Below, one piece after another: positions 38,148-50,876 of a stretch of 64,000 nucleotides of DNA. Source of the stretch: Actinomycetes bacterium (GTDB taxonomy: Bacteria > Actinomycetota > Actinomycetes > Nanopelagicales > Nanopelagicaceae); contig JBFYOX010000003.1 in assembly GCA_041303615.1 (NCBI GenBank), positions 1,333 to 65,332 of the forward strand. Reading direction: 5' to 3'. Position 1 is the first letter of the stretch. Each line of letters begins with the position of its first letter. The notes beneath the pieces are model-generated. The model was given only the letters and a program-made list of their open reading frames with translations. It searched no databases and was not told the origin of the DNA. A program made the translations under genes and the position numbers.

Positions 38148-38840
38148 ATGTCACGCGCCAATATGGATAAGAACCCGGACGAAGTCGCAGCGATGTTCGA
38201 TGGGGTCGCCAAGCGCTATGACCTCGTCAATGACCTCTTGAGCCTCGGCCAGACTAAATCTTGGCGCCGGGCCACCACAAAGATCATCGCCCCCCGTCCA
38301 GGAATGAAGATTCTCGACTTGGCTGCCGGCACCGGCTCGAGCTCAGAGCCGCTAGCGGCTGCGGGAGCCGAAGTCATCCCAGCTGATTTCAGCGAGGGAA
38401 TGCTTGAGGCTGGGCGTAAGGCTCGCCCCCACCTACCCTTTACCAGGGCTGATGCGCTCAATCTGCCCTTCAAAGATGGTGAATTTGACCTGGTAACTAT
38501 CTCCTTTGGTCTTCGAAATACCCAAAATACCGAGAAGGCGCTCGCGGAGATGCTCCGAGTCACTAAGTCTGGCGGGGAGATCGTCATCTGCGAATTCTCG
38601 AGTCCTACCTTTGGTCCGTTTCGTACTATTTACACCAATTACCTCATGAGGGCACTTCCCGCAATCGCCTCAAAGACTTCATCGAACCCAGATGCCTATA
38701 TCTACCTCGCTGAATCGATTCGGGCATGGCCAGATCAAGCAGCGCTCGCCGAGAAAATCAAGGCCGCTGGCTGGGTCGATGTCACGTGGAGCAATCTCAC
38801 TGGTGGGGTTGTCGCAGTTCACAAAGCCCGCAAGCCGTAA
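38148..38840 (+). CDS. menG: Demethylmenaquinone methyltransferase
   Basis: [37 protein letters not shown]; start at ATG 38148. Confidence 0.94.
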   Translation: MSRANMDKNPDEVAAMFDGVAKRYDLVNDLLSLGQTKSWRRATTKIIAPRPGMKILDLAAGTGSSSEPLAAAGAEVIPADFSEGMLEAGRKARPHLPFTRADALNLPFKDGEFDLVTISFGLRNTQNTEKALAEMLRVTKSGGEIVICEFSSPTFGPFRTIYTNYLMRALPAIASKTSSNPDAYIYLAESIRAWPDQAALAEKIKAAGWVDVTWSNLTGGVVAVHKARKP

Positions 38841-38879
38841 TTGTTTCAGGCCCTCTAGATTGCGTTTAGTATTTCGCTC

Positions 38880-39245
38880 GTGAGCGCAAACCCATATATC
38901 CCAATTTTCGTGATTTTCGCGATTGGCTTTGGCTTTGCTGCTTTTTCAGTAGCGATCGCTGCCGTCACAGGTCCCGCTCGCTATAACCGCGCTAAGCAAG
39001 AAGCTTACGAATGTGGAATTGAACCTTCTCCACAGGCACTTCAAGGTGGACGTTTTCCTGTCAAGTACTTCCTTACAGCAATGCTCTTCATCGTCTTTGA
39101 TATTGAAATCGTATTTCTTTATCCATGGGCTGTTACTTTCGACCAGCTTGGTCTCTTCGGACTCGTAGAGATGGCAATTTTTATCGGCACTGTATTTATT
39201 GCATATGCATATGTATGGCGTCGCGGCGGATTGGAATGGGATTAA
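38880..39245 (+). CDS. nuoA: NADH-quinone oxidoreductase subunit A
   Basis: YECGIEP, FDIEIVFLYPWA. Confidence 0.96.
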   Translation: MSANPYIPIFVIFAIGFGFAAFSVAIAAVTGPARYNRAKQEAYECGIEPSPQALQGGRFPVKYFLTAMLFIVFDIEIVFLYPWAVTFDQLGLFGLVEMAIFIGTVFIAYAYVWRRGGLEWD

Positions 39246-39248
39246 TTC

Positions 39249-39806
39249 GTGGGTCTAGAAGATAAATTACCAAGCGGAGTTTTACTTTCAACTGTAGAAG
39301 GTCTTGCTGGCTACATGCGCAAGAGCTCTGTATGGCCTGCAACATTTGGTCTTGCATGTTGTGCAATTGAAATGATGGCTCTTGGTTCAGCGCCAAAACA
39401 TGATATTTCGCGCTTCGGTATGGAGCGCTTTTCTGCATCACCTCGTCAGGCAGATCTCATGATCGTTGCTGGTCGCGTATCGCAGAAGATGGCACCAGTT
39501 CTACGTCAGATTTACGATCAAATGACAGCACCTAAGTGGGTTATCTCAATGGGCGCATGTGCTTCATCTGGAGGAATGTTTAACAACTACGCCATTGTGC
39601 AGGGCGTTGATCACGTTGTTCCGGTCGATATTTATCTTCCAGGTTGCCCACCACGTCCAGAGCAGTTGATGGATGCAATCATCAAGCTACACACTCTTAT
39701 TAGCGATACAAAGCTAGGCCCCAATCGCGAAGCGGTTATTAAAGAAGTTGAACTCGCAGCGTTAAATGCGAAGCCAACAATCCAGATGAAGGGATTGCTG
39801 GCTTAA
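39249..39806 (+). CDS. nuoB: NADH-quinone oxidoreductase subunit B
   Basis: [24 protein letters not shown]. Confidence 0.97.
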   Translation: MGLEDKLPSGVLLSTVEGLAGYMRKSSVWPATFGLACCAIEMMALGSAPKHDISRFGMERFSASPRQADLMIVAGRVSQKMAPVLRQIYDQMTAPKWVISMGACASSGGMFNNYAIVQGVDHVVPVDIYLPGCPPRPEQLMDAIIKLHTLISDTKLGPNREAVIKEVELAALNAKPTIQMKGLLA

Positions 39807-40442
39807 ATGAGCGAAGAACAAACAGGTATGTTCGGAGCCTTTGGCACCGGAGATACTTCAGGCTATGGCGGACTTGTCCGTACAGCTGCCGCTACCGGCT
39901 CTACAGAACGCCCATTTGGCGGCTACTTTGACCAGGTTGCAGATGATCTAGAGCGCGCATACCCAGATTTCTCTGATGCAATTACACGCGTTGTTGTAGA
40001 TCGCGGAGAACTCACACTCCATATTAAGAAATCACGTCTTGTTGAAGTTGCGCAAATTTTGCGTGATAAGTTGCTCTTTGAAATGTGCATGGGTGTATCT
40101 GGTGTCCACTATCCAGATCGCACAGGTTCAGAACTTGTTGCTGTTTACCCATTGCTATCTATGACAAAGAATCAACGTATTCGTCTCGAAGTAGCAACAT
40201 CAGATCTCGATCCACATATTCCATCCGTCGTAAACGTCTGGGCCGGAAACAACTGGCACGAACGCGAAACCTTCGACATGTTCGGAATCATTTTTGATGG
40301 CCACCCAGGACTTACTCGCATTTTGATGCCCGATGATTGGGATGGGCATCCACAACGTAAGGATTACCCACTTGGTGGAATTTCCGTTGAGTACAAGGGT
40401 GCGACAACACCGGCACCTTCAAACCGCAGGAGCTATCAGTGA
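39807..40442 (+). CDS. nuoC: NADH-quinone oxidoreductase subunit C
   Basis: [22 protein letters not shown]. Confidence 0.96.
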   Translation: MSEEQTGMFGAFGTGDTSGYGGLVRTAAATGSTERPFGGYFDQVADDLERAYPDFSDAITRVVVDRGELTLHIKKSRLVEVAQILRDKLLFEMCMGVSGVHYPDRTGSELVAVYPLLSMTKNQRIRLEVATSDLDPHIPSVVNVWAGNNWHERETFDMFGIIFDGHPGLTRILMPDDWDGHPQRKDYPLGGISVEYKGATTPAPSNRRSYQ

Positions 40443-41779
40443 CAACCACCTTCGATCCATACGCATCATCACGCGAAACAACTGAAGGCACAGTCTTCTC
40501 AGTTACTGGCGGAGATTGGGATTCACTCGTCTCTGAAATCGGAGAATCAAAAGAAGAGCGCATCATCGTCAATATGGGTCCACAGCACCCATCAACGCAC
40601 GGCGTACTACGTCTCGTTCTTGAACTTGAAGGCGAAACAGTTACAGAGGTAAGAACAGGTATTGGATATCTACATACAGGTATCGAGAAGAACATCGAAT
40701 TTCGCAACTGGACCCAGGCGGTCACATTTGCAACTCGTATGGATTACCTCTCACCAATTTTCAATGAGACCGCCTACTGTCTCGCAGTTGAAAAGCTATT
40801 GGGAATTACAAACGATATCCCAGAGCGCGCATCAGTAATTCGCGTTCTAATGATGGAGCTCAACCGCATCTCTTCACACATGGTCGCACTCGGTACCGGA
40901 GCCCTCGAGCTAGGTGCAATGGCGCCAATGTTCTTCGCCTTCCGCGATCGTGAAATCGTTCTCGATACCTTCGAAGAGATCACTGGTCTTCGCATGAATA
41001 TGGCCTATGTCCGCCCAGGTGGAGTTTCACAAGATCTTCCAGCAGGCATGAATACAAAGCTTCGCGAAGTTGTTAAATCACTACGCAAGAACTTCAATGA
41101 CAACGCACAGTTGCTCATCGGAAACACGATCTGGATGAAGCGCACAGAAGGTATTGGCTACCTCGATCTTGCGGGATGTACAGCACTTGGAATTACGGGA
41201 CCAGTTCTTCGCTCTGCTGGACTTCCTTGGGATCTACGTAAGATGCAGCCTTACTGCGGATATGAAAATTACGAATTCGATGTCATCACAGCAGATACCG
41301 CTGATGTCTATGGACGCTTCCTGGTGCGTATGGCCGAGCTCGAGCAATCACTTCGAATCATTGAACAAGCAATCGATAAGCTCGACAAGCTTGAAGGTCA
41401 GCCAGTCATGGTTGCAGATAAGAAGATTGCATGGCCTGCACAGCTCGCACTTGGTGCAGATGGACTCGGCAACTCACTTGATCACATCCGCGAAATTATG
41501 GGAACTTCAATGGAGTCACTCATCCACCACTTCAAACTTGTAACTGAAGGATTCCGTGTTCCTGCGGGTCAGGTTTATGCAGCTGTCGAATCACCTCGTG
41601 GTGAACTTGCAGCGCATGTTGTCTCTGATGGCGGAACACGTCCATACCGCGTTCACTTCCGCGAACCTTCATTTAACAACTTGCAATCAACATCAGCGAT
41701 GAGCGAAGGTGGCATGGTCGCCGACATCATCGGTGCAGTTGCTTCTATCGATCCTGTTATGGGAGGAGTGGACCGCTAA
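40439..41779 (+). CDS. nuoD: NADH-quinone oxidoreductase subunit D
   Basis: [34 protein letters not shown]. Confidence 0.97.
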   Translation: MTTTFDPYASSRETTEGTVFSVTGGDWDSLVSEIGESKEERIIVNMGPQHPSTHGVLRLVLELEGETVTEVRTGIGYLHTGIEKNIEFRNWTQAVTFATRMDYLSPIFNETAYCLAVEKLLGITNDIPERASVIRVLMMELNRISSHMVALGTGALELGAMAPMFFAFRDREIVLDTFEEITGLRMNMAYVRPGGVSQDLPAGMNTKLREVVKSLRKNFNDNAQLLIGNTIWMKRTEGIGYLDLAGCTALGITGPVLRSAGLPWDLRKMQPYCGYENYEFDVITADTADVYGRFLVRMAELEQSLRIIEQAIDKLDKLEGQPVMVADKKIAWPAQLALGADGLGNSLDHIREIMGTSMESLIHHFKLVTEGFRVPAGQVYAAVESPRGELAAHVVSDGGTRPYRVHFREPSFNNLQSTSAMSEGGMVADIIGAVASIDPVMGGVDR

Positions 41780-42396
41780 TGACTCTCAATCGTGAAGTAA
41801 TGCAATCAATCGTTAAGCGCTACCCACGCACACGTTCTTCAATCATGCCTTTGCTGCACTATGTGCAATCAGTTTCAGGTTATGTCACCAACGAGGGCAT
41901 CGAAACAATTTCAGAGATTCTTGAAATCGAAACCGCTGAAGTATCTGCTGTAGCTACTTTCTATACACAGTACAAGCGCAAACCTGTCGGCGAATATCAC
42001 GTAGGCGTCTGCACAAATACCTTGTGCGCAGTAATGGGCGGAGATGCAATCTTCTCTGCACTTAAAGAGCACCTTGGCGTTGAAAATGATGGCGTTACAG
42101 CAGATGGCAAGGTTTCACTCGAGCATATCGAGTGCAATGCAGCTTGCGATTATGCGCCAGTTGTCATGGCAAACTGGGAGTTCTACGACAACCAGACAGT
42201 TGAATCTGCAAAGGCTCTTGTAGATGGTGCACGTCAAGGAAATCCGCCGGCACCAACTCGTGGACCAAATCGACTTGTTACATATAAAGAAGCGTCAGCA
42301 GTTCTTGCCGGTTTAGATGATGGCCTTGCACGCGAAGGCGTTCAAGCAGGTGAAGCAACTCTTCTCGGACTTAAGCTTTCAAAGGAAGGTAAGTAA
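41779..42396 (+). CDS. nuoE: NADH-quinone oxidoreductase subunit E
   Basis: VATFYTQY, CTNTLC, ECNAACDYAP 2Fe-2S ligands. Confidence 0.96.
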   Translation: MTLNREVMQSIVKRYPRTRSSIMPLLHYVQSVSGYVTNEGIETISEILEIETAEVSAVATFYTQYKRKPVGEYHVGVCTNTLCAVMGGDAIFSALKEHLGVENDGVTADGKVSLEHIECNAACDYAPVVMANWEFYDNQTVESAKALVDGARQGNPPAPTRGPNRLVTYKEASAVLAGLDDGLAREGVQAGEATLLGLKLSKEGK

Positions 42397-43676
42397 TGTC
42401 AAAGTTAACTCCTATCCTTTCTGCACACTGGGATGAGAAGGATTCATTCACAATTGAGGCATACACGCGTCATGGTGGATATACAGCTTCTAAAAAAGCT
42501 CTTGCAATGGATCCGGATGCAGTCATCCAACTTGTAAAAGATTCAGGACTTCGCGGTCGCGGTGGCGCAGGCTTCCCAACCGGAATGAAGTGGGGATTTA
42601 TCCCACAAGGAGATGACAAGGATCATTACCTCGTTGTAAATGCTGATGAATCAGAGCCAGGCACTTGTAAAGATATGCCGCTCTTGATGGCGAACCCCCA
42701 CGTATTAGTTGAAGGCTGCATCATCGCTTGCCATGCAATTCGAGCAAAGCGTGCATTTATTTATATCCGCGGTGAAGTAACACATGTTGCTCGTCGCCTC
42801 AATGCAGCGATTGCTGATGCATACAAGGCGGGCCATCTTGGTAATGGAATTGATGTAACTCTTCATATTGGCGCAGGTGCATATATCTGCGGCGAAGAGA
42901 CAGCGCTCCTTGATTCACTCGAAGGCTTCCGTGGACAACCACGTCTTCGCCCACCGTTTCCTGCAATTGCAGGTCTCTATGCGCGACCAACTGTTGTTAA
43001 CAATGTCGAATCAATTTCAGCAGTCCCTGCAATTATTAATAACGGTGCTGAGTGGTACCAATCAATGGGTACAGAGAAGTCAAAGGGTGCAACTCTTTAC
43101 TCACTCTCAGGACATGTAAATAACCCCGGACAATTTGAAGCGCCTCTCGGAATTACTTTGCGCGAGATTCTTGAACTCGCAGGCGGTGTTCGCAATGGAC
43201 ATAAGCTCAAGTTCTGGACACCGGGTGGATCTTCAACGCCGCTCTTTACTGATGCTCACCTTGATACCCCACTTGATTACGAAGGTGTCGCGGCAGCGGG
43301 CTCAATGCTCGGAACAAAAGCGTTACAGATCTTTGATGAGACAACATGCGTTGTTCGTGCAGTGCTTCGCTGGACAGAGTTCTATAAGCACGAATCATGC
43401 GGAAAGTGCACACCTTGTCGTGAGGGCACTTGGTGGCTTGTTCAGATCCTTCGCGATCTAGAAAACGGAACAGGCACTGAAGCAGATCTCGAAAAACTTC
43501 TCGATCTCTGCGACAACATCATGGGCCGTTCATTCTGCGCACTTGGTGATGGAGCAACAAGCCCAATCACATCTTCAATTAAATATTTCCGCGACGAGTA
43601 CATCGCGCACGTATCAAATGGTGCTTGCCCATTTGATCCAGTGAAATCAACTCTCTTTGCTGGGGCGGTGAACTAA
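42396..43676 (+). CDS. nuoF: NADH-quinone oxidoreductase subunit F
   Basis: GLRGRGGAGFPTG, NADESEPG, YICGEETAL, ESCGKCTPCREG. Confidence 0.97.
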   Translation: MSKLTPILSAHWDEKDSFTIEAYTRHGGYTASKKALAMDPDAVIQLVKDSGLRGRGGAGFPTGMKWGFIPQGDDKDHYLVVNADESEPGTCKDMPLLMANPHVLVEGCIIACHAIRAKRAFIYIRGEVTHVARRLNAAIADAYKAGHLGNGIDVTLHIGAGAYICGEETALLDSLEGFRGQPRLRPPFPAIAGLYARPTVVNNVESISAVPAIINNGAEWYQSMGTEKSKGATLYSLSGHVNNPGQFEAPLGITLREILELAGGVRNGHKLKFWTPGGSSTPLFTDAHLDTPLDYEGVAAAGSMLGTKALQIFDETTCVVRAVLRWTEFYKHESCGKCTPCREGTWWLVQILRDLENGTGTEADLEKLLDLCDNIMGRSFCALGDGATSPITSSIKYFRDEYIAHVSNGACPFDPVKSTLFAGAVN

Positions 43677-46039
43677 TGACTACAACGCAAGAGTCTGCAG
43701 TTGCAGTAGAGCTCATCACCGTCGTTATTGATGGTTTTGAAGTTTCAGTTCCAAAGGGCACTCTGATCATTCGTGCAGCGGAAAAACTCGGAATTCAGAT
43801 TCCACGTTTCTGCGATCACCCACTTCTTGATCCCGTTGGCGCATGCCGTCAATGTCTCGTTGATGTCGAAATCAATGGTCGCGCATTTCCAAAGCCACAG
43901 GCATCCTGCACGATTCCTGTAGAGCCAAATATGATTGTAAAAACTCAGCTCACATCTCCTGTTGCAGATAAGGCGCAGAAGGGTGTGATGGAGCTACTTC
44001 TTGGTAACCACCCACTTGATTGCCCGGTCTGCGATAAGGGTGGAGAGTGTCCTTTGCAGAACCAGGCGATGAGCAATGGTCGCCCAGATGCACGCCTAGA
44101 TGGATATAAGCGCACATTTGAAAAGCCAATTGCAATCTCTTCATCAGTTCTTCTCGATCGCGAACGCTGTGTTCTCTGCGCGCGATGCACACGTTTTTCC
44201 GCACAGATTGCATCAGATCCATTTATTACTCTTAACGAACGCGGCGCACTGCAGCAGGTCGGTATCTACGAGAACGATCCATTTAAATCGTACTTCTCAG
44301 GAAACACTATTCAGATCTGCCCAGTCGGCGCACTGACAGGCACTTCATATCGATTCCGTGCACGTCCATTCGATTTAGTTTCAACCCCATCTGCTTGCGA
44401 ACACTGCGCCTCAGGTTGCGATATGCGCACCGATGTTCGTCGCGGAAAGACTCTTCGTCGCCTCGCTGGTGATGATGCATCTGTAAATGAAGAGTGGAAC
44501 TGCGATAAAGGTCGCTGGGCATTTAAATATGTCACTGCACTTGATCGTTTAACTCACCCACTTGTGCGAAATTCTGAAGGCGTTCTTGTTCAAGCATCAT
44601 GGCCTGAGGCGCTTGCTGCCGCTGCTGCCGGACTTAAGGGAAAGCGAGCAGCAGTTCTTACAGGCGGGCGCGTAACCACTGAAGATGCTTACGGATATTC
44701 AAAGTTTGCTCGCATCGCACTTCACACAAACGATATTGATTACCGCGCACGCGTTACATCAGATGAAGAACGTGACTTCCTTGCTGCATATGTTGCCGGT
44801 TCATCTACAACGTACCAAGATATCGATAACGCCGATCATGTAGCCCTTATCTCATTCGAGCCAGAAGAAGAATCACCAATCGTCTTCCTTCGCCTCAATA
44901 AGAACTTTAAGAAGCGTGCTCTGAAGGTCACTTCAGTTGCAACCAAGCAATCTATTGCTATGGATAAGTTAAAGGCTGACTTTATTAAGGTTGCACCAGG
45001 ATCTGAAGGCGCTGCAGTTGCCGCTTTATCGCTGACTTCAAAGTCTGTAATCCTCGTCGGAGAACGCGCATCTGAGACTCCGGGACTTTTTTCTGCAGTT
45101 GCAGCACTTGCTGCAAAGAGCGGCGCAAAGCTTGCCTACATTCCACGTCGCGCAGGCGAGCGTGGAGCGCTCGAAGCAGGAGCAATTGGAAATCTTCTTC
45201 CAGGAGGACGACCAGTCTCTGATGCAGCAGCACGTGTAGATATCGCAGCAGCGTGGGGCGTTGAGACCCTTCCTGCAACATCAGGACGATCAACTTCAGA
45301 GATCATCGCTGCTCTTGCTCAAGGCGAATTAGATTCCGTAGTTATTGGCGGCGTAGATGTTCACGATCTTCACCATGGCAGCCAGGCTCTTGATGCACTC
45401 AAGAAAGCATTTGTCGTTTCCCTTGAGATTGCACCAAGTTCGGTTACAGCAGTTGCAGATGTAGTGCTTCCTGTTGCAGCGATTACCGAAAAAAGCGGAA
45501 GCTTCCTTAACTGGGAGGGCCGCGCACGTGCATTTGACAAGGCAGTTGCGGATTCTCAGAACCGCAGCGATGTTCGCATCCTTTCAATGATCGCAGATGC
45601 AATGGGCGAATCCATCATGCTTGGCACAGTCACAGCATCAGCTCGCGAATTTAACCAACTAGGTAAGTGGGATGGGGCACGCGCACAACTTGCACCTGTT
45701 TCATCTGTCGCACCTAAGGCAGTTTCAGGAAATGAAGCGCTTCTGACTTCATGGCGCAGATTGCTCGACATGGGATCACTTCAAAAGGGTGAAGATAACT
45801 TGGCAGGAACACGTCGCCCAACTGTTGCGGTGATTTCTCCAAAGCGGGCAGATTCAATTGGGGTAACAACTGGTACTCAAGTCAGAATTTCAAATGCACA
45901 GGGATCAATCACACTTCCTGCTCTCGTTGAAGATGTTCACGATGATGCAGTCTGGGTTCCACGTAACTCTTTTGGATCACAAACTTTAATCTCACTCGAT
46001 GCAGTTCATGGCGATGTAGTTACGGTGGTGAAGGCATGA
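43676..46039 (+). CDS. nuoG: NADH-quinone oxidoreductase subunit G
   Basis: PRFCDH..GACRQC, HPLDCPVCDKGGEC, RCVLCARC, CEHCASGC..CDKGR. Confidence 0.97.
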   Translation: MTTTQESAVAVELITVVIDGFEVSVPKGTLIIRAAEKLGIQIPRFCDHPLLDPVGACRQCLVDVEINGRAFPKPQASCTIPVEPNMIVKTQLTSPVADKAQKGVMELLLGNHPLDCPVCDKGGECPLQNQAMSNGRPDARLDGYKRTFEKPIAISSSVLLDRERCVLCARCTRFSAQIASDPFITLNERGALQQVGIYENDPFKSYFSGNTIQICPVGALTGTSYRFRARPFDLVSTPSACEHCASGCDMRTDVRRGKTLRRLAGDDASVNEEWNCDKGRWAFKYVTALDRLTHPLVRNSEGVLVQASWPEALAAAAAGLKGKRAAVLTGGRVTTEDAYGYSKFARIALHTNDIDYRARVTSDEERDFLAAYVAGSSTTYQDIDNADHVALISFEPEEESPIVFLRLNKNFKKRALKVTSVATKQSIAMDKLKADFIKVAPGSEGAAVAALSLTSKSVILVGERASETPGLFSAVAALAAKSGAKLAYIPRRAGERGALEAGAIGNLLPGGRPVSDAAARVDIAAAWGVETLPATSGRSTSEIIAALAQGELDSVVIGGVDVHDLHHGSQALDALKKAFVVSLEIAPSSVTAVADVVLPVAAITEKSGSFLNWEGRARAFDKAVADSQNRSDVRILSMIADAMGESIMLGTVTASAREFNQLGKWDGARAQLAPVSSVAPKAVSGNEALLTSWRRLLDMGSLQKGEDNLAGTRRPTVAVISPKRADSIGVTTGTQVRISNAQGSITLPALVEDVHDDAVWVPRNSFGSQTLISLDAVHGDVVTVVKA

Positions 46040-47277
46040 CAACAACAGAGCTCATAGGAAAAGATCCGGGTTGGATCATCGTAGTAAAGGCGCTGATCGT
46101 CTTTATTATTTGCGTTCTTTCAACGTTGATGGCTGTTTGGACTGAACGCCGTGTTCTAGCAAAGATGCAGCTTCGTACCGGCCCAAACCGTGTCGGAAAA
46201 TTTGGACTTCTTCAATCGCTCTCGGATGGCGTAAAGCTGGCGCTGAAAGAGGACATAATTCCTGCGGCGGCAGATAAAGTTGTTTTCATCCTCGCACCAA
46301 TCATTGCAACTGCGATGTGCTTTATGGCCTTCGCAGTGATTCCAATGACCGGTGAAGTTAATCTCTTTGGGCAACAGACAGCACTTCAACTCACAGACCT
46401 CCCTGTTGGAGTTCTCTACGTGCTTGCCGTGACATCAATCGGTGTCTATGGCGTAGTGCTTGCGGGCTGGTCTTCAGGGTCTACATACCCACTACTTGGC
46501 GGTCTTCGCTCAAGTGCTCAAGTAATTTCATATGAAGTTGCGATGGGTCTCTCACTTGTTGCGGTATTCATTTATGCAGGTTCTATGTCGACTTCAACGA
46601 TTGTTGGGGCGCAACATGAAAACTTCTGGAATGCAGTTGTTCTGTTTCCATCATTTGTGATCTACGTGATCTCAATGGTTGGAGAAACGAACCGTGCACC
46701 GTTTGACCTTGCAGAGGCTGAAGGCGAGCTTGTTGGCGGTTTCCACACTGAGTATTCATCACTCAAGTTCGCGCTCTTCTTCCTCGCTGAGTATGTAAAT
46801 ATCATTGCAGTTTCTGCACTTGCTACAACTCTTTTCTTGGGTGGATATCACGCACTTCCAGGACTTGGCTTTACTGAGCAATGGCTAGGCGGGTGGTTCA
46901 CATTCGTTTGGTTCCTTGCAAAGGTTAACTTCTTCTTCTTTATCTTTATGTGGCTTCGTGGAACTCTTCCACGAATGCGTTATGACCAATTCATGAAGTT
47001 TGGCTGGAAAGTTCTTATTCCAGTCTCACTTATCTGGATCCTGGTTGTTGCAACACTGCGCGTTCTACAACAAGAGGGCGCAAGCCGCGCAGTCTTGGTT
47101 GCCTTCGCAGTTGGGATCGTCTTAATCGTCATGGCGATTTCATCTCTGTCGGATCGAAGCAAGGAAAAATCACGTGAGCCACTTCCAGAAGGTGAGGCTC
47201 CAGATTTCCCTGTTCCATCTCTTCCCAACGCTAGCTCTATGAGCGTCAGCGCCACACGCATCCCAGGAGGCGAATAA
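46036..47277 (+). CDS. nuoH: NADH-quinone oxidoreductase subunit H
   Basis: [44 protein letters not shown]. Confidence 0.97.
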   Translation: MTTTELIGKDPGWIIVVKALIVFIICVLSTLMAVWTERRVLAKMQLRTGPNRVGKFGLLQSLSDGVKLALKEDIIPAAADKVVFILAPIIATAMCFMAFAVIPMTGEVNLFGQQTALQLTDLPVGVLYVLAVTSIGVYGVVLAGWSSGSTYPLLGGLRSSAQVISYEVAMGLSLVAVFIYAGSMSTSTIVGAQHENFWNAVVLFPSFVIYVISMVGETNRAPFDLAEAEGELVGGFHTEYSSLKFALFFLAEYVNIIAVSALATTLFLGGYHALPGLGFTEQWLGGWFTFVWFLAKVNFFFFIFMWLRGTLPRMRYDQFMKFGWKVLIPVSLIWILVVATLRVLQQEGASRAVLVAFAVGIVLIVMAISSLSDRSKEKSREPLPEGEAPDFPVPSLPNASSMSVSATRIPGGE

Positions 47278-47909
47278 TGACTGATTTCATTGAGCCACAG
47301 AAGAATTTAGAGATTGATAAGCAAGGGCTGGATATCAACTCTGTTCCATTTGTGGAAGTTGAACAGCCAGGGCCAGCATCGCTTGGTAAGCAAGCTAAGG
47401 GTTTCTGGGTCACCTTCTCAACGATGTTTAAGAAGAATCAGACTGTTCAGTATCCAGATGTAAAAGCTCCTACAGCTCCACGTTTTCATGGTCGCCACCA
47501 GCTCAATCGCCACCCAGATGGTCTTGAAAAATGTATTGGTTGTGAACTTTGCGCATGGGCATGTCCTGCAGATGCAATCTTTGTTGAAGGCGGAAACAAC
47601 ACGCCTGGAAATCAACTCTCACCTGGTGAACGTCATGGTGCGGTCTATCAAATTAACTACCTTCGCTGCATTTTCTGCGGTCTCTGCGTTGAAGCATGCC
47701 CAACTCGTGCGCTAACAATGACCAATGAGTATGAACTTGCAGATGACAAACGCGAGAAGTTGATCTTCGAGAAGGAAGATCTCCTTGCGCCACTTCGTCA
47801 GGGAATGCTTGCGCCTCCGCATCCAATGTATCCAGGTATGACGGATACAAATTATTACAACGGAGATGTTAAAGAAGCCCATCCAAGCCAAGCTCAGGGA
47901 CAGAACTAA
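47277..47909 (+). CDS. nuoI: NADH-quinone oxidoreductase subunit I
   Basis: Two CxxCxxCxxxCP motifs. Confidence 0.96.
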   Translation: MTDFIEPQKNLEIDKQGLDINSVPFVEVEQPGPASLGKQAKGFWVTFSTMFKKNQTVQYPDVKAPTAPRFHGRHQLNRHPDGLEKCIGCELCAWACPADAIFVEGGNNTPGNQLSPGERHGAVYQINYLRCIFCGLCVEACPTRALTMTNEYELADDKREKLIFEKEDLLAPLRQGMLAPPHPMYPGMTDTNYYNGDVKEAHPSQAQGQN

Positions 47910-48679
47910 TGCTAGAAATCCAAACTCCTGAAGCCGTTATGTTCTGGGTGCTTGCACCACTTTCAGTAATCGCTGCCCTCGGAATGCTCCTTGTTAAGAA
48001 AGCCGTTCACTCTGCACTTTTGCTTGCCTGGGTAATGATTACTTTGGCGATCTTCTACATCGCCCAGGATGCGCTCTTCCTCGGAATTGTTCAGATAGTC
48101 GTCTATACGGGCGCAGTAATGATGCTCTTCCTATTTATTCTGATGCTCGTCGGTGTGGATGCATCTGATTCGCTTTCCGAAACAATTTCTGGGCTACGTC
48201 CGATTGCCATTACAGCGGCAGTCGGCTTTGGCGGAATATTCGTATCTTTAATCGGTCGTGCCACTCTTGGCCGTCCGGCTTATGGACTGGCCGAAGCAAA
48301 TGCAGATGGCAATGTTGAGGGTTTGGCTCAGAAGCTCTTCTCTGACTACGTCTTCCCATTTGAAGTTGTTTCAGCACTTCTGATTACCGCGGCCCTTGGC
48401 GCGATGGTTCTTGCACATCACCAAAGAACTGTTGCTCGCCCAACACAGCGCGAACAATCGATTGCACGATTTAGATCTGGACCAATCGGGGCAGCGGCAG
48501 GACTTCCAAGTCCTGGTGTATTTGCTCGCCACAACGCGGTCGATGTGCCTGCGCTACTTCCAGACGGAAGTGCTGCGGCGACATCAATCTCTGCAACGCT
48601 CAAGGCTCGTGGAGATATCTTGGAATCAAAGTCATTTGAACTCGGCGAAGTTGATAACACTGTCACGGAGGAGAAGTAA
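47909..48679 (+). CDS. nuoJ: NADH-quinone oxidoreductase subunit J
   Basis: [21 protein letters not shown]. Confidence 0.95.
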   Translation: MLEIQTPEAVMFWVLAPLSVIAALGMLLVKKAVHSALLLAWVMITLAIFYIAQDALFLGIVQIVVYTGAVMMLFLFILMLVGVDASDSLSETISGLRPIAITAAVGFGGIFVSLIGRATLGRPAYGLAEANADGNVEGLAQKLFSDYVFPFEVVSALLITAALGAMVLAHHQRTVARPTQREQSIARFRSGPIGAAAGLPSPGVFARHNAVDVPALLPDGSAAATSISATLKARGDILESKSFELGEVDNTVTEEK

Positions 48680-48978
48680 TGAATCCGTATAACTATCTCT
48701 ACGTCTCAGCGCTGCTCTTTACTATTGGTGCAGTCGGTGTTGTTCTCCGTCGCAATGCAATCGTTGTCTTTATGTGTGTCGAACTTATGCTTAACGCAGC
48801 CAATCTAACTCTCGTTACCTTTGCCCGAATCAACGGAAGTCTTGAAGGACAAGTAGTTGCATTCTTTACAATGGTTGTTGCCGCCTGTGAAGTTGTAGTT
48901 GGCCTTGCAATTATCGTGGCGATTTACCGTTCACGTCGATCAGCATCTGTTGATGATGCTAGTTTGTTGAAGCGATAA
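48679..48978 (+). CDS. nuoK: NADH-quinone oxidoreductase subunit K
   Basis: [22 protein letters not shown]. Confidence 0.96.
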   Translation: MNPYNYLYVSALLFTIGAVGVVLRRNAIVVFMCVELMLNAANLTLVTFARINGSLEGQVVAFFTMVVAACEVVVGLAIIVAIYRSRRSASVDDASLLKR

Positions 48979-48980
48979 AG

Positions 48981-50876
48981 ATGACGACCTCTAACTCACT
49001 CGTATATCTCATCGCACTGCCACTCGCGGGCGCTCTCATCCTTTTACTTGCAGGTCGTCGCGCGGATAAATGGGGTCACTTGCTCGGTACGGCGATGTCT
49101 GCTGGTTCATTCGCAGTTGGTCTCTATCAACTTAACGAGATGCTGGCTCGCTCAACCGAAGAACGCGCTGTCGGACAAAAGCTCTTTACTTGGATTAGCG
49201 TTGGAACATTTAATATCGATGCTGGGTTACTTCTGGACCAACTCTCGATCTGTTTCGTGCTCCTCATTACGGGTGTGGGAACTCTGATTCATATTTATTC
49301 GATCTCATATATGTCTCACGACGAGAACCGCCGCAGATTCTTTGCATACCTCAACCTCTTTATTGCCTCGATGCTCTTGCTGGTACTGGGCGATTCATAT
49401 CTCAACCTCTATGTGGGCTGGGAAGGCGTGGGTCTTGCCTCGTATCTCTTGATTGGTTTCTGGAATCAGAAGCCCGCTTATGCAACTGCATCGAAGAAGG
49501 CATTTGTAATGAACCGTATCGGCGATATGGGTCTATCACTTGCAATCATGATCGCCTTTGCCTCTCTCGGCTCTGTTTCATTTAGCGGGGTTGAAGAAGC
49601 GTCTCACCACGCATCAGAGGCAGCTCTTACCGGAATTGGAATTATGTTGTTGGTTGCAGCCGCCGGAAAGTCTGCTCAGTTCCCACTGCAAGCATGGCTT
49701 GGCGATGCCATGGCTGGCCCAACACCTGTCTCGGCTCTCATCCACGCAGCGACAATGGTTACTGCAGGTGTCTATCTGATTGTGCGCTCTAACTTCATCT
49801 TTGATGCCGCTCCAACAGCGCAACTTCTTGTCGTCATCGTTGGAGCAATCACGCTTCTATTCGGTGCCCTTGTGGGTACTGCTAAAGATGACATCAAAAA
49901 AGCACTGGCTGCTTCAACCATGTCGCAGATTGGTTACATGATTCTTGCTGCCGGACTTGGACCTGCAGGTTATGCATTTGCAATCATGCACTTGTTGACG
50001 CACGGATTCTTTAAGGCAGGAATGTTCTTGGGCGCAGGTTCAGTTATGCACGGAATGAATGATGAAGTGAATATGCGGCGCTATGGCGCTCTTCGCAAAT
50101 TTATGCCAATCACATTCATTACATTTGGGCTCGGCTACCTTGCAATCATCGGAGTACCGCCATTTGCGGGCTTCTATTCAAAGGATCTCATTATTGAAAC
50201 TGCATTTAATGCAGGGGGATTAAAGGGAATTCTTTTGGGGTCAACAACTCTTCTCGGGGCTGCAATTACAGCTTTCTACATGACTCGTGTAATGGTTCTC
50301 ACCTTTACTTCACCAAAGCGATGGGATGACAATCAACATCCTCACGAATCACCAATTCTTATGTGGCTTCCAATGGCAATTCTTGCAATTGGTTCTGTAA
50401 CTACTGGATTCCTCTTCACAAAGGGGGATGCACTTGCGAATTGGATCAACCCAGTATTTGGCGATCATGGCGATCATCATGAAGAACATCTTCTCGAGCC
50501 AATAGTTGTCTCAGGAATGGCTCTGACAGCAGTTCTCATTGGCGTTGGTATTGCACTCGCCAAGTATCAATTCTCAGAAGTTGATGCAGAAGCGCCTCAG
50601 AACGTCTCTATCTTTACAAGAATTGCACGTAAGGATTTGATGCAAGATTCAATCAATGAGGCGCTATTTATGCGTCCAGGACAGGCTCTCACTAGTGGGC
50701 TCGTTAAGACTGATGACCTTGTTATCGATGGAACAGTTCGATTGGTAGGTCGCACTGCGATTGGCGCTGGCTCTGAATTGCGCAAGACTCAAACAGGTTT
50801 TGCGCGTAGCTATGCAGTGCTCATTCTTATCGGCGCAATCGCACTGATTGCTGGAATTTGGGTGGTTACACAATGA
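48981..50876 (+). CDS. nuoL: NADH-quinone oxidoreductase subunit L
   Basis: [38 protein letters not shown]. Confidence 0.97.
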   Translation: MTTSNSLVYLIALPLAGALILLLAGRRADKWGHLLGTAMSAGSFAVGLYQLNEMLARSTEERAVGQKLFTWISVGTFNIDAGLLLDQLSICFVLLITGVGTLIHIYSISYMSHDENRRRFFAYLNLFIASMLLLVLGDSYLNLYVGWEGVGLASYLLIGFWNQKPAYATASKKAFVMNRIGDMGLSLAIMIAFASLGSVSFSGVEEASHHASEAALTGIGIMLLVAAAGKSAQFPLQAWLGDAMAGPTPVSALIHAATMVTAGVYLIVRSNFIFDAAPTAQLLVVIVGAITLLFGALVGTAKDDIKKALAASTMSQIGYMILAAGLGPAGYAFAIMHLLTHGFFKAGMFLGAGSVMHGMNDEVNMRRYGALRKFMPITFITFGLGYLAIIGVPPFAGFYSKDLIIETAFNAGGLKGILLGSTTLLGAAITAFYMTRVMVLTFTSPKRWDDNQHPHESPILMWLPMAILAIGSVTTGFLFTKGDALANWINPVFGDHGDHHEEHLLEPIVVSGMALTAVLIGVGIALAKYQFSEVDAEAPQNVSIFTRIARKDLMQDSINEALFMRPGQALTSGLVKTDDLVIDGTVRLVGRTAIGAGSELRKTQTGFARSYAVLILIGAIALIAGIWVVTQ

